Origin: Selaginella moellendorffii
Lineage: Eukaryota > Plantae > Lycopodiophyta
NCBI RefSeq assembly: GCF_000143415.4
Contig: NW_003314277.1
Location: 569,183-633,182, forward strand
DNA length: 64,000 nucleotides
Reading direction: 5' to 3'
The position numbers were made by a program, and so were the translations under genes. Of the stretch, positions 22,151 through 35,100 are shown piece after piece. Position 1 is the stretch's first letter. Every line of letters begins with the position of its first letter. The notes under the pieces are model-generated. The model searched no databases. It saw nothing but the letters and a program-made list of their open reading frames with translations, and was not told where the DNA came from.

Positions 22151-24832
22151 CATGGGAGAAGCGACGGCTCCCGGTGTGAGCTTGCTGCTACTGCCAGCAC
22201 TTGTTAATCGTTGAGATGTTTCACAATGGCTTTCTGTATCATAGGCCTCCCGCAACGCTGTTGTAAAGTGATGGTGCTCGCCGTCCTTCTACACGTGAAT
22301 GTGATAAGCCGATTTCTGTTGTCCAGAAAATGCCAATTAGATCTAAATTGAAAGGAGAGAAAACTGCATACCTGCAGATAATAACCATAGCTTATAGTGG
22401 AGGAAATGCCATTGATGTCGACAGTTATGTCACAGCCAGAACTAGCAACTCTTTTAGCTGTGTTTGACACAAGATGAATCTTCCGCAAACTGCACAATAT
22501 GACTCCACTTGGGGAATAGGCAAAAGGGAAAACAATGCGTCTACCTTTACTAAGAACTCGCTGTCACTTGAATAAGTGACATCTAAGCTCATCGGTTCGC
22601 ATGAGAGACTCTCGGACTCAGGCATCCAGTCTAACGAGATCTTCCTGGTATAAGGATTGTTGACTCGAAAACCAGAAGTTGTATGCCATGGGCCTCCAGT
22701 TCTCGATTCTGCACTGGAAATCGTAAATGCTGGCTATCTAAAAACTGCGAGTCGATCTTACCTGGTCGTCGAAAACTCTCCCTTACACATACGCCCACGG
22801 CCGCTAAAGCAGCGAAAGATTTTACATCTCGCTTGGCTCTTTCGGAAAAATCTAGTAGCTGTGTTTCCAGGTCCCCAGCCCTGAAAGCCGGATGTTTTGC
22901 AAGCTTTTTTAAAAAGTGGATGTTAGTTGGAAGTCCAGCAACCTGGCGAATGCAATGTTAGTACTCAACAATAATTACAAAAAAAAAGAGCAAACCAACT
23001 TGCCTGAAAATTCGAGAGGCAATTATGCAGCTTCGCCAACGCCATATCGCGATCACTACCCCATACGACCAGCTTGGCTATCATAGGATCGTAGTGGACG
23101 CTTACAGCATCACTTTGCTCTACACCCGTCTCAATTCTCACTGCACTGACAAGGTAAACTGCTTAGGATTCTTCAGGTTTGCCACGAGTACCAGTAGATG
23201 AAGCGGTAGGTGGATTATAATGGTAAAGAACTCCAGCAGCAGGTAGAAAACCTCTTGGAACGTTTTCAGCATAGACCCGAGCCTCAAACGCATGACCTGC
23301 TTAGCTGCGATAATCTTCGGGAATAAATAGTGTAGAGAAGCTACCTTGCAGCGGTATACTCTTTTGCTCAAGTGGAAGGCTTTCGCCATTTGCGACACGA
23401 ATTTGCCATTCCACCAAGTCTTGACGCGTCACCATTTCGGTGACAGGGTGCTCAACCTGACCAGAAGTTTAATTCAGCATATACAGAAACTAGTGGAAGT
23501 CCGTCCTTACTTGCAAACGTGTGTTCATCTCCATGAAGAAAAAATCTCCTGTTGCAGTGTCGACAATAAACTCGACAGTGCCAGCATTTTCGTAATTCAC
23601 AGCCTTCGATAGAAAAGAAATTTAGATTTGATAGCAGCAAATCACAAAAGAGGATACCTTAGCCGCATTGACTGCTGCTTGTCCTATTGAGTTGCGAAAG
23701 TCGTCTGACATGAGCGGCTGGAATATAAAAAAAAAACATGGTGAAACAGCAAACAGCATGAAATATTGTCCTACCGCTGGTGCTTCCTCTATAATTTTCT
23801 GGTGGCGCCTCTGAACGCTACAGTCCCGTTCAAACAAATGAACAACGTTACCAAAGCGGTCGCCAAAGATCTGTCAGCAAGTCTGTGATAAATTTCCAGG
23901 TTGAAGAAAATCTCCCACCTGGACTTCTATGTGTCGAGGCTGTGCGATATACTTCTCAATCAAGACCCTGGTGTCGCCAAACGCAGCAGCAGACTCACGT
24001 AGAGCGCTTCTCAAACTGTCCAGAAACTCGTCTCTGCTGTGGACAATCCTCATGCCCTGAACCAAAACTTTACAAGAGAAATCAGTAGTGTCGCCAACTT
24101 GAAACAAAATACCAAAAAGAAAGCAAAAAACCAACCTTTCCTCCGCCACCAAGAACAGGCTTGATCAGAACGGGATAGCCAATCCGATCAGCCTCAGATT
24201 GCAGCAGCTCGTGGCTCTGATCATCCCCGTGGTATCCAGGAACAACAGGAACATTAGCACCGCTCATAAGCTTTTTGGAGGCACTAAGGAGTTCCAAGAT
24301 AGTTCTTATGGTTCTTTGAAGAAAAATGGAGATGGCGTACCTTTTGTCTCCCATCAAGCTAATCGCAGCTGCCGAAGGGCCAATGAATGTGATCCCAGAC
24401 TCGTGGCAAGCCTGCGCAAACTTCGAATTTTCTGATAGAAATCCATACCCGGGATGGATTGCCTGAGAACAAGTTGGATATGTATGGGTTGAGAAGAAAA
24501 GAAATGAAAGCTTACATCGGCTCCAGTGCGACGAGCAGCGTCGAGGATGGAAGTAGTGGACAAGTAGCTGGGCCGATAAACACTGCTTCATCGGCTCGAC
24601 GGACGTGTAGCGAGTTTCGATCGGCATCACTGTAAACCGCCACCGTTTTTAATCCCAAGCTACGCGCGGTCTTGATGATCCGGCACGCAATCTCGCCCCT
24701 GTTCGCGATCAGGATCTTCTCGATCGGCCGCTGGACTGGAGATTTCTCCACGGGAGGCGCTTGAGAGAAGGGATTGGCGAGCGAGCTCCAAGATCGCTTG
24801 CTCCTCCTCGCAATGGATGTGGAATTTCCCAT
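22150..24832 (-). pseudogene. MCCA: MCCA copy B, lacking the biotinyl domain and frameshifted
   Basis: 16-nt deletion in exon 1 near 24570 and 24-nt deletion at ~22860. The sequence stops at ...GAVASPM, before EAMKME. Confidence 0.88.
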
Positions 24833-25469
24833 GGACGATCGGCAGTGCTAAAGGCGAGCTCGAGAATGCGTGTCACCTGATCGAATCGAGGCGCCAGGAC
24901 CGCCGCTGGAGAAAACCCTAGCCTTGAGACACCTTGTCGTGCTTATCCCGTGAAATAGTCTAATCACTTGAGAAGGAGACCTCTGGAGGGATGAGTGGAG
25001 GCTCCACGAATCCATTGCAAGGAGTGATAATATCGACAGCTATCTTGCTAGTTGGTACTGCGATAGAGAAAATTCAGCTTCGACTCAATGGGGAGATATT
25101 TCTTCTTGGACAGTGATGTGCACTGCATATGCCCTGAAAAGGCATTTGCTGGAACTACTGGATCATGGCTTATAAACTCGTGAAACACTAACACTGATTT
25201 TTATATGACATGGCAGGAGGGTATCCCTGTGAATCTGAATCCGTCCTTGCTTTCTGAGTTAAGCAAGATAGCAAATGTTGATTGACTTAGAATGGGGATT
25301 ATGCAAGCTATGTGCGATTAAATGGGGGATTCTGGGCAAAAAATTATGGCCTGGGAACTTGGTCTCTCTGAGGAACTGAAGCAGTGCAAGTTCCTGGCTC
25401 GTGATTCGCAAGAGCAAAGCTCTGGGCGGAGTCCAATCCAAACACCAAGCTTGCACTCACCACCGAGTT

Positions 25470-25952
25470 GAACGATCCATTTGATCCTTGCGAGTGGAGG
25501 CTCCGATTTTGCTCTTGGGTCCCTGGAGGTGAAAGGTGGCGGCGTCCAGCGCTTGAGCGTGATGCCGGTGTCGGTGAAGCGGCTGCGCGAGTGGAAGGTG
25601 TACTCGAGCTGTGTGTGTGCCGCGGACGAATGAATTTCGCGGACTCGCATGCTTGCCGGACTATTGCTTCGGCTTTCAGTTCGCGGACATGATTCTGCGG
25701 GTGACCACGACGAGAAGTTGCTGGCCCGAGATCGACGAAGTTGTTCGAGAGCTGGATGATTTGCATGACAAGCAGCAGCTGCCGCGCCCCGAGCAGTACA
25801 AGCTCGTTACGTTGTTCCCAAGTCAATGTTTGAGGGATTCACGTACTGGTTCTTTGAGGAAGACGATGGAGCTGTGTCTGAGCGACGAGTTGCAGGGATG
25901 GATACATGATGACGGTTCCATCGTAGTTCGTCTTGAGTTTCAGCATGAATGA
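25470..25952 (+). pseudogene. Degenerate Crinkler/RHS-type REase-domain paralog (copy B)
   Basis: ILASGGSDFALGSLE, RGLACLPDYCF and DMILRVTT...RPEQYKLV; related to the ORF at 20396. Confidence 0.6.
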
Positions 25953-26429
25953 GTGAAAATCCAAATGAAAACTATGAACTTTACCTTGCAAATCATGAAT
26001 TTTGTTCTTCTCGTACAAGAATCCAACAATGGGATAGAAGTAATCAAGATTCCAACAATGAAAAAGAAGTTTCAGCATGTCCCACAGGTATGCTTCAGAG
26101 CTGTAGCAAAAATGATAGAAGTAATCAAGAATCCAACAATGAGAGGGAAGTTTCAGCATGTCCCACAGGTATGATTTAGGAAAAATAGAGCTCTGAACTT
26201 TGTAATATTCTCGTCCTGCCAAGCACAAGAATCCAACAATGAGAAAGAAGTAATTAAACCAACCATTAGCTTTCCGCCTTTAATATCTATGATTAAGATA
26301 AAGCAAAAACTCTTAACGTAAACAAAGGTATATTCGTAGGAGCTTGAACCCTAGTTTTTTCGCGACGGCGATGATGCTCCGTCTCGCTCGGGCACCGAAA
26401 TCTCTCCCTCTCGGCCGCACACCGATCCG

Positions 26430-27999
26430 GAGACGATGTGGTAGGCTGTGTTCTCCATGGAGTGCTCATTGCGGATACGCTCAAGCTCGAGGATAGCGTC
26501 CAGGTACTCACTACGCTCAGGGATTCCAGCGGCGACGAGGTTCTTCTAGCGATCAAGCACGCAGTGCAGCGACGCCACATCCGAGCAAGTCCGAGCGAAA
26601 TATCCGAGAGGAGCTCGAGTGGCCGTCAAGGAGCCGATGCTCCAGAAGCAAGAGGGTTCTTCCTTCACCTCGCTGGACAACCGTGGAGGTGATCTCCTAT
26701 GGCGCTGCGATTGGAAGGCAACAAGCTCTTCCAAGATGGCAGCTTTGACTCAAGCTCCATCTCTACGACTGGTCATGCAAGATTTTGGGCGAGGCAATCG
26801 ATCGACTGCACCAGAGATGCAACAAGCTCGCCATCCAGCGCCGCAACAGCAGCAGCATCATGGCAGAGATTCGTGACTTTCTTCGGGCCTGGAGTGAAGG
26901 AGAGGAACTTCCAGTTTTCCCAGAGGTTGCGGACAACTTTTGCAAAGTGGAAGTAAAGATCAGAGCAAGGGACGAGGCCGGGGACTCTTTACAATGACAA
27001 GCATCAAGAAAGGCGAGCTCATTCTTGTCAGCAACTCGGCAGCCTTTGAGCGAGGTGGTTACAGATCCATTTGCGATAGAAACACTGCAGTCCGGCTGCT
27101 CGACATGGCCATGAAGTCTCCGCGAGCATACAAGCTGATCCACAGCCTTGCTTGCGAGGTCGCAGGGAACGAGCGTGGAGTTCCCGCAATGGAGATTTTC
27201 CAGCCAGACTGGGCCACGCCGGAGAACTGCAGCACCGACAGTAGCAGGGAAGCTCTCCAAGGCATTACGGTCCAGAGATTTTTCGAAATGGTCAGCCAAG
27301 CTTCCTTCAATCCTAAGGTGCAGCTGCCTAAGCCAGAACGAGCCGACGGTACGCTTGCTCTACGTCGCTACTTGGTTCGTCCCCCGCTTCATCAACCACT
27401 CCTGTGTTGGGAACGTTTCCCAGAGGGTGTTTGGCACCACGGCGTGCTACTTTGCCACCCGAGACATCACTCGGGTTCTGCTACATCATCGGCGGCCATC
27501 CTTACAGGCGGACGAGGCTCTCCTTCGAGGATCTCGCGCAGGTGACTGGCTTCTACAGGGACTTGGCCGAGGCAAACTTTGAGTTTCCGTTCAAGGGAGG
27601 GAGCAGTCCGGCCTGGATGGTGGTGAAGCTGGAGCAAGTGTTGGCGACAAAGCTCCAGGATGAGGAGGAGAGGCAGTGCGTGAGAGCGATCCACTGGTCG
27701 CTCTACCTGTGGTACTACCAGCAGGTGGAGGTTGGAAACGTGGTGGCGCTGCCGGAGGGGATTATGTTTCAGCGGGAGAGGTGATTATGGAGGCGATGCA
27801 CAAGCTCACGGCTGGCAACGATAGCAACGAGAGTTACCTGGAGACGATGGCAAACTACGCACGGGACAAGGAAGCGGCAAAGAGGGCGATGGAGATGGAG
27901 TGGGAGGTGAGGTTTGGGAAGCAGGAGGACGCTTGCGTTGCCAAGGCCATCTACGAGAGAGGTATGGACTCGTTGCTCAAGCCCTGGGCCTCTGAGTGA
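26430..27999 (+). pseudogene. TPR + SET domain gene, copy B, with most of the TPR deleted
   Basis: Same SET motifs as copy A, with large deletions near 26700-26790. Confidence 0.78.
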
Positions 28000-28556
28000 G
28001 CTTGTTTTTCTGGAGTGTTTTCGTCCTATTTCTTCTTCTTTTTCTACTACTACTCACTACTTCTCTTTCTTCTCTTCTGCTGTCTCCTACTACTACCTTA
28101 ACCACTCGGCCAAAGCGACACTTTCATGAAACCGCTCTTTTCACAAAGCAATCCACGAAAGAAGGGATTGGTGAGCGAGCGAGCAATCTAGTCAAGTATG
28201 CTTGAATTATACTGTTATACTACTGATTTCTAGAATTATATTTCATCAAACTAATCTAACAGCATTCAAATTAGACACTTCGAAGAAATACGCCCATAAT
28301 ACAACAAGAAAAAAGCTTGTGTTATAACAAAAGAATGAAGAGAAAATAGAAAATTAATTTTTGAAGCAATCTATTTCATATAGTCAATTGGTATGTAATA
28401 AAACCCTAATTTGTCATACTTATTTCTTACATAAAAGAAGTTAAAGAAATGCACGGAAAAGCAGGCTGGCCCCGGACAGCTAGACTAGAAAATCAAAGCG
28501 GAAACACGAAGCGAGCTATGCATTTTTGTCTGTCAGAAAAATTAACATATGTTAGC

Positions 28557-30546
28557 TCAAAACAAAAGTGATGAAGATTTACCTGGAGAATCCCCCTGTT
28601 GCTGAACATTTTTCTCATCATGTTGCTGATGTATTTTCTCTAATTTGAAGTAGATGAGGATGGCTAGTGCAACCACTGCTAATCCAATAAACACAGTGAA
28701 CTCTTGGAAGACTATCCAGTTTGGAGTAACTTCAACTGTGGATGTCGTTGTCACTAGGAATGCTGTGCCATTATTGAGCTGGAGAATTGTCTCAGCAGTG
28801 GCAAGGGAAGGTTCCTTCTCGAGGTCATTTATGCTGAAGTAGAGACCTGGCAAGCTTCCTGCCACTGAACCAGCAATGAACACTGTCCGCCCCAAAGTTC
28901 TGATTAGTGGACGGTAGCCTGGCTTACCGGCCAACTTAAGTTGATCGAGTTGGCGAAACAATGAATTTTCCCACTCTAAGAGTGTCCTGCTCAAGGAGCC
29001 AGCACAAATTCCCAGGAATGCAATGACAAATGTCATAAAAGACGCATAAACTTGTGTTCGACGAGAAGATCCATCTTTCCAATACCGCTCTCCAAAACGA
29101 TGAACGTTGCTCACTTTCAACAAGTCATTGAGAACTTCTTGGACTTTCTTGTTGTCCTCTGTAGACAATTTTCTGAAACACGGTGGTGAATCCACCTTAA
29201 CCAAGAAAATAAAACATCAGCCTTCAGAAAAAAAAAGGTCACAGTATCGAACTCACCTTGAATTCTTCGTTCCCACAGGTGATGTCCCTTCCTTGTGTCT
29301 TCTTCAGAAAATCTTTGATGACAGTGCCGCCCACCTTGTCGGCTTGCGTACCAAAATTCTTGCCGCCGACGGACGAAACTTGGCAACCCGTCAGGTTTTT
29401 TGTACAAGCATTCAATAGATATTTGCGAGTTGGCTTTTGGTCTCCTTCTAACTTTGTCTCAATGCATGTTGTCATCTGCTCCATCCCACTCAGCACACCT
29501 TCTGTGAGGTTGGCAAGGCTGGCGCCAATGGGAAGAGAGTCATTAAAATGAATTTTGAGTGTCACCGGGACGTTAAATTTGATGCTGTAAGATCCAAGAA
29601 AGATGGTATGATTATCTTGGATAACATCCCAGTCCCAAAATGATCGAGATGTCTCACACTGAGAAGTGTTGAAGGTGAAGGAAACATTTTGGCCTTGCGT
29701 CAAGTTGTATCCGATTATGCAAACTTGGTGACGGCAGGCACACTGTAAGAATGGATAGGACAAGTAAGAAATAACATCCGGCATGTAGTTGATGGGAACA
29801 GATGGGCTGCATTCTCTAATATCATTGCTGTAGTAAGACCATGTCGAGTCGTTATAGGGAATTTTCTCCTGGCTAATCCCCGTGGATATGTTGGACCTCG
29901 CACTGCTAGCAAAGTTGCTGAAATAAAATCCAGACTCGGTGAAAACTGGATGCGTGATGGTGGAAGATGGCATTGCGAAAGGTACTTTACTGAGAAGTAA
30001 GCCAAGATCCGGCTTACCGCTGGTTTTTTTCACTGGGACTATAGGTGCAGTGACCTTGCAGCGTTCGACAGCAGACGGCCCTCTCCCATCATCGATGCAC
30101 AGGCGTAAGTTTATCCCCCAGTGAATCGCCATTTTCCAGATCGGACTATTACGCTGAATGACTCCTCCATACAAGTGTGGATCGGGCGAGTTAAAAAGAT
30201 CAGCTTCTACAGTTTTGTTGTTGCTTCTCCAAACCCGCCATGCACTGAGCGTTTGATAAGCAGCAGCAACCTCCGCCGTGCTAACACTGGTAAATTTGAG
30301 TGTCGATGCAATGGAGGTGCTTGTGGCCCATTTGTAGAAGGGGTCGTTTGTTGTCGCAAACACGTTGGTTTCCCAACAAGTTGTACCTGTCTGTTTGATG
30401 AGATCAGAATAGAACTCACCTTCTGGCTTCTTTTTGTTCACACATAACGAGAAGACTAGCAGCACACCTGTTGCAACTACAATGGCAAATATGAATACTG
30501 CAATGGCAACAATGCTCGATGTCTCCCATGGCTTCTTTTCCGCCAT
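28557..30546 (-). CDS. Uncharacterised membrane protein (~642 aa): N-terminal TM, large Cys-containing luminal domain, ~3 C-terminal TMs
   Basis: Exons 30546-29257 (430 codons) and 29195-28557 (213 codons including the stop) join in frame over a 61-bp GT-AG intron. There are many N-x-S/T sequons. No family recognised. Confidence 0.75.
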
Positions 30547-31167
30547 AAGTTCTCTAAACGAAAAAACAAAAAATGAAAACTGTATCCTTCAAGGCTGTTA
30601 ACAAGTCGAACACATTGGCAAATTAAAGGAACATGGTAGTGGAGAATGTATTCAGTGCAACATGTCCTTCATCCTTACAACAATAATGCAAATGATTCTT
30701 TCCACGGCCAGTGCCAGTAATTTGAAAAAACAGTAATGCCTATGTGATTTGGAAGGACAACTTTTCCTCGATATTGGATTTGTCGCTCTAATGCATTTTT
30801 CCTATATTCTCCGGTACCTCCCAGAGGTGTCTCATTTGTCCATGGCTTCGTCCCCCATAAGTTCGCTCAAATAAAACATGGGCTCAGAATCGGGACTTGA
30901 TTTCTTGTTAATACGGTAAGTGAAAAGTGAACTTGAAAGTGGTGGCTCACATGAATTTATTCATTATCAAGCATTTCTGACTTCCACTCAACGACCTCTG
31001 ACGTTACTGCCACGTCGGCCCTTTATCAGCCCTAAGGATTTTAGAGCTTATTCCTGGAACTCATACCATCCCTGCCGAACTTTAATAAAAATTCTTCCGT
31101 AGTCTCAGAGATGGAACCTTTCGTACTCGGCTTTACCAGTGTGAGCTAGCACGCACTCCCGTCTAGA

Positions 31168-31177
31168 CTATATAAAA
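31168..31177 (+). promoter_or_regulatory. TATA box of the acid-phosphatase-like gene
   Basis: CTATATAAAA about 25-35 nt upstream of the ATG at 31203; conserved in copy A at 17532-17541. Confidence 0.55.
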
Positions 31178-31202
31178 CTGGGAACATTCTCCAATGCACA
31201 CC

Positions 31203-32064
31203 ATGGCATCGTCCACATGTATTCTGGTTGCCTGTCTTGTTGTTGTCCATATGACGGTTTGCTCTCATGCGGTAACTTGTTCCAATTGCAAGGTGGACCT
31301 CCAAGAGAAGCCTGATTGGATGACCGTGGATCAATTCTGCGGCATTTTCCAGCGCAATGCAGAAGCTGCCAACCTTGCCAAGGGCTGGACTGTCCCCAAA
31401 GATTGCATCGACTACATTGGAGACTACATGACAAAGGGGTTGTATGGAGGTGATGTGTGGGGAGCAACTCTCCAATCTACTAAGTTTGCAAGGTTATTTC
31501 CCACTAACCCTGGCACTTGGATCTTCCAAGTCGACCAGACACTATTGTCCAATGTCCCTTACTATGCCACTCGCCAGTTCGGGTAAAGTCCATCCGTTTA
31601 TCATGAGATTATGACTGACATTTCGTTGTTTTACTTTGATACAGGGCCCTCCCGCGTAACAGTACCGACTTTGACCTTTGGGTGCAACAAGGCAAGGCTG
31701 TAGCAATCAAGTCTTCTTTGGATTTCTACAACGAGCTGTTGTGTGCAAACTGGAGAATCGTGCTCATCTCCGATAGATCCGAGAAGCAACGTGAAGCAAC
31801 GGAAAGGAACCTGCGTGCTGCAGGCTACAGTGGCTGGACAAAATTAATCCTGGACTAGTAAGTAGTTCTTTGTGATAATATCAAGGTTTTACTAATCAAT
31901 GGCGCTTTTCCAGTCAGTTCAATACAAATGAGCTGCGCATACAACAAGATGAGACTGCAGTGACAGGAGCATCAGGGGAGAAAACAATCAGAATTGAAAA
32001 TTTGCCGGACAAAGTTGACCAAGAAAAGTTTATGTTCTTTAAGCTGCCTAACCCCATGTACTAG
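31203..32064 (+). CDS. Plant HAD-IIIB acid phosphatase/vegetative-storage-protein-like gene, catalytically degenerate
   Basis: Exons 31203-31582, 31645-31857 and 31914-32064 splice in frame. Signal peptide; WTVPKDC..YI..YM, WIFQVDQTLLSNVPYY, T.RNL..AGYSGW.KLIL and C-terminal FKLPNPMY*. Confidence 0.85.
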
Positions 32065-32129
32065 TGTGTGAGTGCAATTCGTAATAAATTGCTGCGCGTT
32101 GCATTGCAGCAACAGTTGGTTTGCTTTTG

Positions 32130-35100
32130 TTTTTAAATATTTTTTATTACGATACATAATTGTTATGATCTGTCCAATATGCAGGTGCTATTCCTACTTT
32201 TGTATATATTATATCTTTTATCCATATATGATCTATTAATTTGTTATTATGTGTATTGTGTTTTATTATTTGTATGTATCCTTCTTTCTCCATTATTGTT
32301 TGAAGTGGTTTTACTTCTTCTATTTGGTAGTCAATATTAAAATCTCCTGTAATTATTACTGGTTTTTTATTATCTATTTTCTGTATATATTTTTGTAATT
32401 GTTTTATGAATATATATATATTTGTTCCAGGTTTTCTATGTAAATTTATTATCTGTAAGTGTTTTTTATTTTTTTCTAGTGATACATATGACATTGCCAT
32501 TGTTTCTGTTTTTAAATGTTCTACTATTTCTGAATTATAGTCATTTGTATGCAATATTGCTATATGTGGGGGTTGTTCATGTATATATAATTTATATTTA
32601 TCAAAATATAAATCCTCATGTTTTTGTGTTCCTACTTCTTGCATACATATTATATCTGATGTTAATAATTGTGAATCACTCTTTATATCTTCTTGATGTG
32701 CAGTAATAGATCTTGTATTTAGAACTTGTATAATTTTTTGGTTAGTTATTTTTTCTTCTTGTAAATCTATTAAATCAATTTGCTATGGTGCTTCTATTGT
32801 CATTCTTATTATTTCTTTAGCTGCATCTTTATTGATTTTAATATGTTTATGTTCAATTGGTCTATATAAATGTATCCCTTTTAGTGTTTGTGCTCTTGAT
32901 AATGTGGTGTATGCTTGTCCTAGATATTTTGTTTTATATGGGTCATATCCTAATTGCATAACTGTTGACCCTTGTGCTCTATGTATTGTTCTTCCTGCAC
33001 ATGGTTGTACTGGAAATTGGATTCTACTTATAACATAGTTTTTATTTTTAGTAATATTTATTATTCTTGTTACTTTTTTTATTGGTGTCCATTTTTTTTC
33101 ATTATTTTGCTTTATTGTTATGTTTTCTTTAGCTCTTGTTTTTTCACCTGGTTTTATATTTGGGAATTCTATCCACATTATTTGTTCTTTTTCAATCTGG
33201 GTTACATCTCGTAATACTCCATCTACTCTATTTACTAATCCATCTTCTGTTGCTATATTTTGTGTTATTTCAATTGCCATTTTCTTTTTCAAATGTAATA
33301 TTTTATGTAGTCCTTATATTTTTCTTGTGTCATCTGGCAGCGTGAAATGTGTAGGACAGGAATTTCCATGTTTGTCTTGTGCTTCTATAATTATATCTTT
33401 ACCTTGTATGTGTTGTATTATTTTTTCATTATATTCTCTTACTTGTTCATTAGTTGCAAATATAGAATAGTATTCTGTGTTATATGTATTTGTGGTGACT
33501 TGTTTATTTAAATATTCTAGCTCTTTATCTGTTTTTTCTCCTATTTTTTATTTTATTTAAAGCTTTTATAAAGATTATATCATCTTTTTGCCTCATTATT
33601 TCAGTAAGTTCATAGATTTTAAAATTATTTTTCATGGGTGGTGTATGGAGACATAATTTTCAGGTCTATATATTTATGTTGAATAAATTGGTGCTTCAAA
33701 TGTAGGATTTAATTGATAGAAATCACCTGTAAATATACAATCCATCCCACCAAAGCCTATTCTATATGTTGTTTTGAAGCTTTCACATCTTCTATTTATA
33801 TCTTGTAACATTTCTATACTTACCGTTGATATTTCATCTATTACTAAACATTTTATTATTGAAACTTTCTTTTATATTTATCTAATGTGTCATTTGTTAA
33901 TATTGTTTGACATTGTTTTGATGCTTCTGGTCGAAATGCAAAAGCTGAATGTATTGTTGAACCATTTATATTATAAGCTGCTTTTCCTGTAGGTGCTATT
34001 ATTAATATTGTTTGTCCTGGTTCATTATTTATAACTTGGTTTGTTTTATAATATTGTTTGAGTGTTTCTATTTAAAAGCATTTAATTTCCAGTTATTGCT
34101 TCTCCTGTTAAAAATAAGCACAATTGTTTGTTAGGTTGTTTTATATTTTTCAATATGAAGACATCATATATTATTTTTTGCTTTTTATTTAGAGTTCTTA
34201 ATAATTGGTGATATTTACTAATTTCCATAAGGTATTCATCTTGTATTATAATTGTTGAGTTTGTTAATATTTTATCTTTTATATTTAAATTTAAGTTTTT
34301 TTATTTTTCATTTTGAATAAATCTTTCCCTATATCAAATTCACTCTCATTTGTTACTTTTTTTATATATGTATTGATGTTATTTTTCATCTATTTGTTCC
34401 ATATTTTCTTCATATGCATTCATATATGTTATGTACATTTTTTTAAGATATTCTTCTTTTCTAAATTTTTTATGTAAAATTAATCTTTCAAAAGCCCACT
34501 TTTCTGGATCTTTTTCTTTACTAAAGTTTATATATCTAATTATATTGTTTTTTTAAAATTTTTTGTGTTGTTACTTCCTTTTCAATTATATATTCAGTTG
34601 TTATCTCTGCTAATGTTAAATCTTCTAATTCTTCTGGTCTTCGCATGTATTTTTCAATTAGTCCAGGTACTACTGTGTTTGTTTCATCTTCTTGCATTTT
34701 TGCAAGGTTTTGTTTCGTTTTTAAACATTTTGTTCGTTATTCTTGTAGTTTAGTATCAATGAACTTTACAATTCTAGACATATGATGAATGGGATTGACA
34801 ATATTAAAAAAAGTGCTTGTTGAATTGGCATTTCCCTACAACGTATGAAACTATTTCCTAATAACCGAACTCTATTATATGCATCTATTCCTTCTTGGAA
34901 TTTTTTAAATACAGTTGATAATCTCTTTGTTATTTCTGTTTCAATACATGCAATGTATGATAAACAATATGATGCTACTGCATATCGATCAAGAATAATT
35001 TGTATATCTACATTTGATTGCTACAAATTTGATAATTTGTTATTAAAAGTATTTGTGTTTATGTCTTTTGGTTTTCGTTTATAATTTTTTTTGCATTTGT

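Larger units (their letters stand above)
22150..31354 (+). repeat. Segmental duplication copy B
   Basis: Collinear with 8204-17718. Confidence 0.93.
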
